DNA of 64,000 nucleotides from Paraspadella gotoi. Its lineage: Eukaryota; Animalia; Chaetognatha. How positions within the stretch are numbered: position 1 is the first letter of the stretch; each line of letters opens with the position of its first letter. Positions 26,526 through 38,566 of the stretch are shown here, one piece after another. The stretch spans positions 5,118,724-5,182,723 of the forward strand of contig CM119271.1 in the NCBI GenBank assembly GCA_051294375.1, in the 5' to 3' direction. Under the pieces are notes generated by a model. It did no database searches. It had not been told where the DNA came from and saw only the letters and a program-made list of their open reading frames with translations. The translations under genes were made by a program, and so were the position numbers.

Positions 26526-28300
26526 AAGAGTGGATTGGCATATATCTGGTACATCCTCTCTATGTCCCATTTAAACTGTCCATCTTTGCACAATGATTGA
26601 AGGAACCAGCACTCCCACTGCTGGAAGCCTCGGGAGACACGAGTGTCCCAACCTGCGATATCTTCTGATATAAACTGCATTTGGCTTTTCCACAAACTCT
26701 CCCTTCCAGATCGAAATTTGGTTGAGAGAAAATCTCTATAGTCATACAATGGCAATCCAGATACACTGAATGGCATCATCTTAAGAAATCGTCCAACATC
26801 TCCAAAAATCCTACATTCCAACAACCTCATGGATGCTGACATGAACCAGATAAGGCGACTCCCTTTCTTCTGATGAGAAGTGCAGTCCATTTTTTTCTCT
26901 TTTTTCCCTGTCGTGTTGAAAACAGCTCCTTTCGGTACACCTGTCCTCATTCTCTTCTCCTTGTCTTGAACTATCTCAATCCAATCCTCTCTATCTAACA
27001 GGTCACCCATGTCCTTTCCATAATGAGCATCTTGCTTACCAAGAGCACCCCTACGGTTTGCTGCTATCTTCATCTCTTCCCATGGAGTCCTACCCAGAAC
27101 AAATCCTTTCTTTCGGCAATAGTTGCGCAAACCCTCATAGCATTTACCCACATACTTTCAATGGGGATGATTTTCACGCGGGAGTGTATCCACAGTGGAG
27201 GACAGAATTTTTAGAGATAAATAATTCGAGACCAAAGTAAAATGAATGTGAATTTATTTTAGCATAACATCGAGAATAAAATAACGACTTTTATATGAAC
27301 TACTTTGTTTACCAAAGTAGGAATGTGAAAGGGAATGGAATTTTAGGCCGAGAAATATTATTGACATTTTTGCAATTTACTGAATTCTTTCCCACAATCT
27401 TCACTCGGCCATGCTACTAAAATTTCAAAAAACAAAATAATATTTCATAATATGATACTATAAATTTTCTCATTGATAAAGAAATACAAAATCGTTTTGA
27501 ATTGTTTAATTAAAATGTGTGAAATAAAAATGATTAAAGCAGTAATTTGACGAATTAAGGAAAATGATGAATTGCGTCTTTTGTTTTTTTTGGCGATCAC
27601 ACGTGTGATACAACCTTCACTCCACCTTCTTCTTGAAGACATCATAAGTGCTTGTAAGTGGTTGTACTCGTAATCTTATAAAACTGAAATGACCTCAGAT
27701 GATTAGCCATAGAACCAATCAACGCCATGACATAACTATTCTTCACTCCACCTTCAGACCCCCTAGAAGCCACAAACCAGCGCTTAATCTCCTTCATAAA
27801 GTGAGTTATTCGCCTCGAAGGATGAACAACTTCACCATGCTCCTCTTCCTTGATACTCTCAGAGTAATCTGGTTGTTCAAGCACAGTTCCCCCTGCTTAG
27901 CTGGGACCACCGTTTGCCACTGTGGCTCCCCAACTTCTATCAGATCAGTCTTATTGTACTTTTGATATCAGCAGCAGTAACTTCAGCTGTAACCTCATGC
28001 AAAATGCCTTTACCGGTTGACAAAAAATACATCTCAAAATTCGAGTACTCACTGGTTTGCAACCTCACCAATATTCCTCGACCAGTTAATACCTGCCAAC
28101 TTTTAAGCAGAGCCAGGATTCCAAGGGCAGAGGATTTTCACAGCAAAATTAGCCGTAGGGATTTTCTCAAACCATGGTGTCAACTTTGACAGAAGTCGGA
28201 AATTTCTCTCACCCTTCCCCTTGAGAGTACGCTCAGATTCCCCACCATCAAATGCCAAAAAAGAAACGTACCTTGGTGAGTACTCAGAAAAATCACCTTC
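26526..28300 (-). other. Endogenous flavivirus-like element: NS5 methyltransferase through RdRp motif A
   Basis: FDGGES..FAVKILCPW..GILVRLQTSEYSNFEMYFLS (MTase); YDVFKKK|VDTLP; AANRRGALG; FNTTGKKEKK..KGSRLIWFM (motif F); DIAGWDTRVS (motif A). Confidence 0.93.
27194..27621. mobile_element. 428-bp insertion in the NS5 element (solo LTR or MITE)
   Basis: 4-bp TSD CCAC (27190-27193, 27622-27625); termini AGTGGAGG...CCTTCACT. Confidence 0.75.
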
Positions 28301-28599
28301 AAATCATTGTATTCTAGTTGAGTAAATAAATCAAACATTTTGATGTGAATCGTATCGAAAAGCTTTTTACAATGCTTATCAGGATTGTTTGATTTTACAT
28401 TTACAGTAGTTACTTTTTTAGAATTAATTAAAAACTAAGATATAATAACGATAAAAATGAGTATATTAAATTATAAAAACAATGAGACAAAAATCAATGA
28501 TTAATTAAATATATACAATTACCTAAAAAAATTAACCAACATAAAAAACCCTTGATTTTATTAAAAGAATAAGAAAATTTTTAAAATTAAGGGAAATAT

Positions 28600-30128
28600 T
28601 TAATTAAACGATTTAAGAGAAGAATTAATTAAAGAGAGCTAGTGATGTCAAAAAGGACATCATCATCATCTTCATTTAATTCTTCTACTAAATCGCTTAA
28701 TTCAATATTTCCCTTTAAATTAATTTGACTTAATCTGGGGTTTTTTTTACGCTGGCTAATTTTTTTGGTGTAGGAATAAAAGAAAAAAACATGTTTATTT
28801 TATGGGACGCTAGGGGTGGGGAAATTATCTTTTCTGGTTCTTCTTCTTTGTCTTCAATTACAATATTTGATGATTTTAATTGTTTTATTTCTTTTACATT
28901 TTTTTTGACCGTTTTAAAAATAATAATAATAAAAGTTCAAATAACAATTAAAATCATCAAATTACCTAGGCAAAGAGTCCCTATGATCCAATTTGAAGTG
29001 TTTATTGGATGTCTTGCCACGGAGCTTGAAATGTTTGAGAGTTTTTGCGACATTGAAGACGAGACCTCTATTGCCGCTGTCGTGGAATAGGATGTTGAGG
29101 ATAAATTGGAGCAATGAAAAATAAAAAAATAAAAAATAAGAATCCAAAATCTACATTGAATAAAAAAATACATATAATAGAAAATATGAGATCATTTGTA
29201 AATTCATTACTTGATTGTAGAAGACGAGACTGCTGCCGCCGTCGTAGAATAGGATGCCGAGGATAAATTGGAGCTATGAAAATAAAAAAAATATAAAATA
29301 AGAATCCAAAATCTATATTGAACAAAAAAAATACATATAATAGAAAATAGGAGATCATTTGTAAATTCATTACTTGATTGTAGAAGACGAGACTGCTACC
29401 GCCAGTCGTAGAATCGGACGCCGGGGACGGGGTAGATGAGGAGGAACTCGCCTTTGAGGCCGCCTTTGACGCCGATGACGTCGCCGGGGTCGACGTTATC
29501 GAGATTGTTTTGTTTACCGGCGATGTCATAAACGTCAGTGGCACGGACGAGATGGGTGAGATGGACGTCATTGTCCAAGGAAAACGGGTCCTTGACGTCA
29601 CTGGAGTACTTTTATCCTTTTGCACCCCCGGGGACGATGCCGAGGGTGCTGAGGATGTTAAAGTAGATGACACAGGTTTAGAGGATGTTGGAGTAGATAA
29701 GGAGCTCGGCGCCGGAGCGATTGACGTGCTCAACGGTGCCGGAGCGGTTGACGACGGAGTAGATGAGGAGCTCGGCGCCGGAGCGATTGACGTGCTCAAC
29801 GGCGCTGGAGCGGTTGACGTGCTCAACGGCGCCGGAGTGGTTGACGTGCTCAACGGCGCCGGAGCGGTTGACGACGTTGGAGTAGATGAGGAGCTTGGCG
29901 CCGGAGCTGATGACGACAACAGCGCCGGAGCGGATGATGAGCTCAACGGCGCCAGTTCGGGACGTCGTCGTCCATGACGACGTCACCGTTGATTCTTTTC
30001 ATTTTTTCATTGGGGTAAAAAGGGATTAATGGGGACGGAGTGAGAATAAATAGAGTATACTGGGAGGGGAATTTGGTTAACTACGTTAACAGGCAATAAA
30101 TGAGGGTTAAGATGGACTAGGTGGGGTG
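28600..30128 (-). pseudogene. Mucin-like TM gene copy with tandemly repeated small exon/intron units
   Basis: ORF 29068-29946 S/T/P repeats; TM NWIIGTLCLGNLMILIVI; ~170-bp unit repeated within 29060-29400. Confidence 0.65.
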
Positions 30129-30496
30129 GAAAAAATGCTGTCAATCACAGTAAAAAACTGTTTCCTATGGTCCATGATTAGTCTTTTATTTTTATACGCC
30201 ACTTCTTCTTTGTTTCCAGAGCTGACAGTTAGTTCTTTCAAATCTTTAATTTCACTAAAACGCCTGTCTTTGTTGCGTATATCGCCGAACTTGTATATCG
30301 GATATGCAACCCTTATTGTTTATCTTTTCATCATAGATCAACGTGCTAAATTCGTTTTGCACATTTCGAAAATGTTTCATCATTGGCACAAAGTTTTTAG
30401 AAAAAATTTGGTTTACGAGAAAAAACTAGCTGCTGATTATTTTTTTGCTTAGCTGACTGCTTGGATGACTGGCCATTGATAAAAAAAAGTATCATT

Positions 30497-31189
30497 TTAA
30501 GAATTGCCATTTATTCCTCCAGTCCAATTATTCAATAATAGTTGGAAGAAATTCTCAACGCTTGTTCCTAAACCAATATTCATTAGATCATATCCATTTT
30601 TGATATCCTCAAAATTGCCATACATATAAAAAGGGATTCTATTGTCATACGACGGTTGAAGAATTTGATTTATAAATGTCGCTCCAGCTGCTACATATGA
30701 TACAGTTCCGACTGTTGCTGCTCCAGTAGGCGTTAAATCACCAACGACATCTGTCCTACTCTCATCATAATAATCAACCGTACAAATGGCACCTCCAGCA
30801 GCCACAGGAGCACGCAATTGTACTGTTGGTCTTTTATTATCATACAAAATCGTACCAGCTGGAGTTAGTGTTATATTAAATGGTATAGGCGTTCTATCCT
30901 GTACGTCGTATGGCGCATTGAAATTAGTTGTTCCTAAATTGGTTAAATAATTATCCAATGTTGATCTTCCATTCAATAAAAACAATTGTAGAACATCAAC
31001 CAAATATGACAAAATCGATGAAGTATTCTTATCATCAAGACCATCTGGCCAAATTAATTTATCTCCTCTAGCTGTTTCAAATCTTGACGGAGTCTGAATC
31101 GTACTCGTCGCCATTATGATAGCATTATCAATTAGCGCTAAATTCTTTAAAGTAAAATAAGACTTTGGTATCACAGAAGTATAATCCAT
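30497..31189 (-). CDS. Intact intronless 230-aa ORF of unknown, possibly DNA-virus structural, origin
   Basis: ATG to stop without disruption; T/G/N-rich; tightly abutting neighbouring frames; single copy in the window. Confidence 0.55.
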   Translation of the reverse strand: MDYTSVIPKSYFTLKNLALIDNAIIMATSTIQTPSRFETARGDKLIWPDGLDDKNTSSILSYLVDVLQLFLLNGRSTLDNYLTNLGTTNFNAPYDVQDRTPIPFNITLTPAGTILYDNKRPTVQLRAPVAAGGAICTVDYYDESRTDVVGDLTPTGAATVGTVSYVAAGATFINQILQPSYDNRIPFYMYGNFEDIKNGYDLMNIGLGTSVENFFQLLLNNWTGGINGNS

Positions 31190-31929
31190 GGTTTATAGAT
31201 GTAGATACAAAGAATACATTTTTTACAATTATTTTTACAACCGTTGCGAAATCCTTCTGAATAGAAGTAGAATTAAAAAGAGAAGTTAATTCCTTGAAGT
31301 TTTTTTTATTTTTAGCAAATAGACAACAAAAAAAATTATCCATCAAGGATTGGAATTCGCTTAGAAAGAGGTATACCGTCCCCAAGTTCAACATGACGGT
31401 CTTTGTTTGTCCAGTGGTTGACGTGAAATGGTACAAACTTTGGAAAATATATAATTTTTTATTAATATTTTTTATAAAGATAGACTAATAAATAACAAAA
31501 CTAAAGTACTGCAATTGGATGCTGGTTCTGGCCACTGGCGAAACTTGGTTCGGCGCCTTCCAATACGATAGAGCCATTGACAGAAAGCGGGAGATAAAAA
31601 TTATATCTCTCGTCACATTGTTGTAGCCCGATGTCTCTCAGATACTAATATATGTATAAATAATTTTTTATTTTATATATTATCCCTTGTTCTAACCACA
31701 AAATAAAAAGCTCACCTTTGAAAATTATCGATGTTGGTACGTAGATGATCTACATACCGATGGTACAGCGCGTCCAGCTCTTCAAATGTGAGATTAAGCT
31801 TATAGACAGTGATCGGAGAAGGGGCCGATGATGAAGAGGCGCCCGACCCGGAATCGTATTTGTCTTTCTTAATCACCAGATGCATCGGCTTACGCGTAAC
31901 CACCGCATATGGTGATAGTGGAATCGTCA

Positions 31930-34900
31930 TGGATCTAATTAAAGGGCAAAGGAATAAGAAAATTGATAAATTCATTCATTCATTCATTCGTTCATTAATA
32001 AACTTACTAGGACAAACTAATAAAAAAAATACATAAAAATGCATTATATTAAATGTCTCGTGTCTCGTGCAATAAAATGATGGGAAATGAATTGACAATT
32101 TTCTATTTTTACTTACTGAATTTCTTTGTTTCCGGCAGAATGGTTCGTTCCGCGCTTCATTCCCAAAAACGTGCGATTTTTTCTCTCTTAAATGTCGCCT
32201 GATGCAAATGTTTGACCTTTTTTCTAAAAAGACGAAAAATTAAATTAAGTTCTTATTTGTGTAATACATTCAAAATTACCTTAAATTTATATTATCTTTT
32301 TTAAGGTTTTATTCGCATCTATTGGTTGCACAAGTTCAACATCCCGAGTTGTACCATTAATTTTATTAGATTTACACCCTCGGCAAAAGGTAAATAATTA
32401 ATCCTACAAATCAGGCACAGAGTCGTCTTTGTCGTCATTAACAATTTTTTGTAACAAAAAACACACGTCGGGTGACCCTCGCGACAAACGATTAAACGTC
32501 TTTTGGTAGAGAAATCGTTGTAGCAAATGAGACAACGTGTGGACATGATGTTGGTCTGTAAAATGGATGGAAAAAAAGTCTATTTATACCCATATTCAAA
32601 ACTCTTGAAATGTAAAAAAACAAGAATATATATATTTAATGTTAATATATATATTATATAACAATAAGAAATAAAAACAAACATAACTTACTTTCTCTCA
32701 TCATTGTTTTTAGACGCTATTGCTCCTCTTTTAATTCCAAAGTATTGCGCCATTATTTTTTTTTAGCACAATCCAGTGCGAAGTCTTGAATTTTGTTTCC
32801 TTCAAATAAATATGAATATAAATTTTTATTAATTACTTATTATAATAACAGATATATAATTAAATCACCTCAATTTTAAATTTTAAGACTTAAGTTTTTT
32901 ATTTCTACGTGGACGGCTGGACTATGGATGACGAGACGGAGGAGGACGGGAGGTCGTTTGGGGTCGCCGGTGACATCGTTGCCAATAATGAAAAAAAAAT
33001 GGTCTGTGACGTCACCAACGCAGGATTCACGGACGAGATTGAGGATGTAGCCGCTGACGTCGTTGGATGGAAGGAGGTTTGCGACGTCACCGGCGTATTC
33101 GTTGAAGCTTTATTCGTCCGTGTAGAGGTCCACGTCGCCGTCGTCGTTGTCCATTTTGCTTATCAATTCATGGGTTCAAATGGATTGATAGCGACATGGT
33201 GGTGGGGTTGAGGGTTTACAAAATATGGGAAAATTATTTGTTGGGCAATGTGGAATTGGAGTAAATGAGAGTTAATTTGAATTAAATGGGGAGGGAAGGA
33301 TATGGGTAAAACGGTGGGGGTAAATAAATTGTGGTAGTATGCAGTGTTATTTAATCTTACAATATACCACGAATGGTTATACACTATAAGGGCGCGAGTT
33401 GGGTTAGGGTTAATGTTAAGGTTAAGGTTGAGGTTATTTTCGTTATTATCGTCGGAGCCATAATCGCTATCTGATGGGGAATCCATTTTTGCCGGTTATG
33501 AATTTTTATTTTAGTTTAGTTATCCCTAGGATCCCTCTTCCATTCGATCATTGGCTATAAAAGCGAATGGAATTTTTCGCGCGCGACCAAAAAAGAGAAA
33601 TCTGTTTCGCATAATGAACGCCGACTATATCGTGATATGTAACGTGTGTAAAAATAAATTTAATAAGACATTGGTTGTGTTTTAGGTTAGTTTATTCTTA
33701 CAAAAAATTATATTTTATCTCTGTAGTGATGTCAAAAATGACATCATCATCATTTTCGTTTAATTCTTCTAAATTGTTTAATTCAATATTTCTCTTTAAA
33801 TTAATTTGACTTAATCTCGGGTTTTTTACGCTGGCTAATTTTTTTGGTGTGGGAATAAAGGACGAAAACATATTTATTCTATGGGTAGGGAAATTAGTTC
33901 TTCTGGTTCTTCTTCGTCTTTGATTGGAATATTTGATGATTTTAGTTGTTTAATTTCTTTCACATTTTTTTTGACTGTTTTAAAAATAATAATAATAAAA
34001 GTTAAAATAACAATTAAAAATAACAAATAATAATTAGAGAAGGGGCCGATGACAAAGAGGCGCCCGACCCGGAAGCACCGGAATTGTATTTGTCTTTCAT
34101 GGATCTAATTTAAGGGCAAAGGAATAAGAAAATTGATAAATTCATTCATTCATTCATTCGTTCATTAATAACCTTACGGGATCATTTTGACGGCGTCGTA
34201 TTTCTCATTTTCCGCCTTGATGGCTTTCAAGGACAAACTAATAAAAAAATACATAAAAATGTATTATATTAAATGTCTTGAGTCTCGTGCAATAAAATGA
34301 TGGGAAATTAATTGACAATTTTCTATTTTTACTTACTGAATTTCTTTGTTTCCGGCAGAATGGTTCGTTCCGCGCTTCATTCCCAAAAAATGTGCCATTT
34401 TTTCTCTTGAATGTCGCCTGATGCAAATGTTTGACCTTTTTTCTCAAAAGACAAAAAATTAAATTAAGTTCTTATTTTTACATTCAAAATTACCTTAAAT
34501 TTATATTATCTTTTTTAAGGTTTTATTCGCATCTATTGGTTGCAGAAGTTCAACATCCCGAGTTGTACGATTAATTTTATTAGATTTACACCCTCGGCAA
34601 AAGGTAAATAAATTAATCCTACAAATCAGGCACAGAGTCGTCTTTGTCGTCAATTAACAATTTTTCATAGCAAAAAACACACGTTGGGTGACCCTCGCAA
34701 CAAACAAACGTCTTTTGGTAGAGAAATCATTATAGCAAACGGGACAACGTGTGGACATGATGTTGGTCTGTAAAATGGATGAAAAAAAAAGTCTATTTAT
34801 ACCCATATTCAAAACTCTTGAAATGTTAAAAAACAAGAATATTATATATTTAATATTTAATGTTAATATATATATTATATAACAATAAGAAATAAAAACA

Positions 34901-35125
34901 AACATAACTTACTTTCTCTCATCGTTGTTTTTAGACGCTATTGCTCCTCTTTTAATTCCAAAGTATTGCGCCATTATTTTTTTTAGCACAATCCAGTGCG
35001 AAGTCTTAAATTTTGTTTCCTTCCAATAAATATGAATATAAATTTATATTAATTACTTATTATAATAACAAATATATCATTAAATCACCTCAATTTTAAA
35101 TCTTAAGTTTTTTATTTATTTCTAC
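31930..35125. repeat. ~1-kb segment duplicated (31930-32910 and 34095-35125)
   Basis: Near-identical sequence from catggatctaatt to tttctac. Confidence 0.85.
32319..32546 (-). CDS. C3HC4 RING-finger protein; frameshifted duplicate at ~34530-34758
   Basis: CLIC..CREGHPTCVFC..CLICR. Confidence 0.75.
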   Translation of the reverse strand: MSTRCLICYNDFSTKRRLIVCREGHPTCVFCYKKLLMTTKTTLCLICRINYLPFAEGVNLIKLMVQLGMLNLCNQ

Positions 35126-36120
35126 ATGTTGAACTATTTCAACATTGTGAAAGTAAAATCCTATTAAATTGCGTTTGCAACCTTGACAAAGTTTGTAATA
35201 GTTTGTTCTACAAATAGAACAATGTGGGATTTTCTTTTTTTCTTATCACATTCTTTAATTTTTAGAAAACAAAGCACGTTATGTGCCCGTATTCATTTGT
35301 TGAACCAAATTTATTTGGCTCAACCTACGGTTTTTTACGGTGGCCAGTTTTTTGGGTTGGGGGGAAAAAAGGGGAAAACATATTTATACGGCGGGAGGAA
35401 GGGGGTATTGATTCACTTTGGTCTTCTTCGGCATCTTCTTCTTCTATTGATATATTTGTTGATTTTAGTTTTTTTCCTTACTTCAATTAACATTTTTAAC
35501 CTTTTTGAAAATAACAATAACAAAAGTTAAAATAAAAACTAATCCGATTGTTGTCATGATCCAATTTGAGCTATGAAAAAGAATGAAAAAAACAAATTAA
35601 GAAAAACATAAATATATAATAATGATGATGATGATGATAACATTTAACAATATAAGATATTCATATTAATTTTTTACTTGTTTTGTTGACTCGTGGTTGG
35701 GTTTGCCGATCTTGTATCTATATATCTATATAGTATTATAAAATTCGAAGAGAACAAAGTAAATACAATTTCAGAATCGTCTGGACCTCAACTTTCCAAA
35801 TCCAAGCTTTGTTTCATTTGGCTTTGGCGACTGATCCCTGGCCTTAAAGACGGTGGACTAGAAGTGGTCAGTTCTTTTACGAGGCTGATGTTGTTGACCT
35901 CCTCCGGATTGGGATTGGAATTGAGACGACCCTATTTGGAAGATCTTGAAGTCATTTTTGGCCCATTTTTTTAAAAAATAAACATTTTGTTTTATTTATT
36001 TTTCAAAAAAAAAAATACTTAGATTGATAAAAAAAAACTAAAACAAAAACTTACTTTAAAGTTTTATTACAATATTTTTATAACTTTTCTTACCTTTTGT
36101 TGACACAAGGAGCAGACATC

Positions 36121-37609
36121 AGAGAGTACTAAAAGCCGGGAGAAACGGGGTCCGATTCAAACACACTTTGTCTTTTTATTTCTTTCTCGCTATCTCTATC
36201 TCTCTTTTGATTTTCTCTTGCTCTCTCTTTTATTTGAACTCAGCGAACTCGTTGAAGTCGAGATAAGAGATCTTGAGATCTTTTGTTTAAAATTATTGAG
36301 GTTACTTAAGTACATCTACGAACCAAGGTATAATTATATTATCTTTTGTTTTTCGTTTTCTTTGACTCGAATTATCTTTTTAAGTACAATCTTTTAATTA
36401 CTCTCTCTCTTTCTCTCTCTCTCTCTCTTTTTCTCGATCTTTCTCCCTGTTAATTTTGCACGTGAATCACACCCGGATTTTTGAAAATGGAANNNNNNNN
36501 NNNNNNNNNNNNNNNNNTTGAGGATTTGAGTAAATACAAACATTAAACATTTTGATGTGAATCGTATCTAAAAGCTTTTTACAATGCTTATCAGGATTGT
36601 TTGATTTGACATTTACAGTAGTTACTTTTTTAGATTTAATTAAAAACTAAGATATAATAACGTTAAAAATGAGTATATTAAATTATAAAAACAACGACAC
36701 AAAAATCAATGATTAATTAAATATATACAATTATTTAAAAAATTAGCCAGCGTAAAAAACCCTTGATTTTATTAAAAGAATAAGAAAATTAGGGAAATAT
36801 TTAATTAAACGATTTAAGAGAAGAATTAATTAAAGAGAGCTGGTGATGTCAAAAAGCACATCATCATCATCTTCATTTAATTCTTCTCCTAAATCGTTTA
36901 ATTCAATATTTCCCTTTAAATTAATTTGACTTAATCGGGGGTTTTTGGACGCTGGCTAATTTTTTGGGGTAGGTATAAAAGATGAAAACATGTTGACTTT
37001 GTGGGATGCTAGGGGTGGGAAAACTATCTCCTCCGGTTCTTCTTCCTCTTTGTCTTCATTTAAAATATTTGACGATTTTAATTGTTTTATTTCTTTACAT
37101 TTTCTTTACCATTTTAAAAATAATAATAATAATAAAACTTAAAATAACAATTAAAATCATCAAATTACCTAGAGAAAGAGTTAGTATTATCCAATTTGAA
37201 GTAGAGTTGGACGCTGGAATGGGGTAGATGAGAAGGAGGAGGAACTCGCCTCTGAGGTCGCCTTTGACGCCAAAGACGTCGCTGGGGTCGATGTTATTGA
37301 GATTGTTTTGTTTACCGGCGACGTCATAAACGTCGGCGGCCTGGACGAGATAGATGGGATGGAAGATTCCGGTGACGTCAAGGACCCGTTTTCCTTGACA
37401 ATGACGTCACCGGAGTAGTTTTATCCTTTTGCACCCTCGGGGACGACGCCGAGGGTGCTGAGGATGTAGATAAGGAACTTGCCGCCGGAGCATTTGTGCT
37501 CAACGGCGCAGGAGCCTTTGACGTTGTACTCGACGAAGATCTTGGCGCTGGAGCGCTTGTGCTCAACGGCGCCGGAGCCTTTGATGTTGTAGACAAAGAG
37601 CTCGGCGCC
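36121..37609 (+). mobile_element. Left half of another element copy (TIR type B + mucin gene 3' part on -)
   Basis: agagagtactaaaagccggg.gaaacggggtccgattcaaacacac; colinear with 17380-18750. Confidence 0.8.
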
Positions 37610-37852
37610 AATCCTTGGATTCGGCCCAAGCTTCATTGGTCAAGTCATCCTTCCCAGGTGCTGCCGACATGCTCATCTTGGCAAATATTTCATCCACAGT
37701 TCGACAAGGCATGTACTTCACAATCCTACTCAATCCCGATCTATAAGAAACGGGAACATACTGCTGGGAACAAAATTCAACATCCTCCAAGTGATAATGG
37801 ATCACACTAGGAGCATCCAATGGCATATCCTTACGGACAAACCCATGTCATT
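37610..37852 (-). other. Flavivirus-like NS5 RdRp fragment (motifs D-E/thumb)
   Basis: NDMGFVRKD..EDVEFCS..MPCRTVDEIFAK..EAWARIQG (cf. dengue NDMGKVRKD..QVPFCSH..VPCRNQDELIGR). Confidence 0.85.
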
Positions 37853-38010
37853 AGAGAGATAATAATAAACGGGATTGGAGCTTGATCCAGAACCCGAGGC
37901 GGGGACTGGATCACTTTCTTTAATTTTCCGTCGCTATCTCTATCTCTCTTTTAATTCTCTGTCTCTATCCCTCTCTCTCTGATTAAAGTTCGATCTTGAG
38001 TTTAATTGCA
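37853..38010 (+). mobile_element. Polinton-like terminus (further copies start at 39576, 40135, 41689, 43427, 43974)
   Basis: AGAGA(GA)TAATAA.AAACGGG start; each abuts a sharply truncated ORF. Confidence 0.8.
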
Positions 38011-38015
38011 GGTGT

Positions 38016-38566
38016 TTATTTCACATGAATGTTATTTTTTAGGTAAACATGATTGACAAACAGCACCACAATTTTCACAATGATTGGGATACAAAGCAGC
38101 AATATTGTAAAATTGATAAATGATAAAATCAAGAAATTTTTGATGTTAGTTAGTCCTTGGATTTGAATAAAAGAAAGTTTTTTTTCAATGACTGCATTGT
38201 TGGATTCATTCATTAATTCTGCGGGTGGATAATATCCGTATGGTTTGATGATTAACTCGGTTTCATCTTCTAACGTCAGGTCCATGGTAAGTTTGATTTC
38301 AAAGTATTTTCTTCATAGACAAAAGTGTCTTCTGCTTCGAAGGTTGTGCAATCGAAGTTATCAGGATCACAGAAGAACTCGTACAGTTTATCGAAAGGTC
38401 CATTTTTAACTAAATGCTTTAGTTCTCTGAATGGTATTTGAATCGAGCACATAGCAAAGATTGGTTCTCTCTGATGAATTTGCACGAACTTGACTTTCTT
38501 GTTATTCATTGCACAGAAATAAACGTCTTCGCAAATCTCGAAGGCCTTTCCCTTTTTAATTTCCAT
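38016..38566 (-). pseudogene. TIR-adjacent element gene (frameshifted); copy at 41853-42403
   Basis: MEIKKGKAFEICED..DLTLEDETELIIKPYGYYPP..; Cys-rich tail shared with 23728-24060. Confidence 0.6.
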
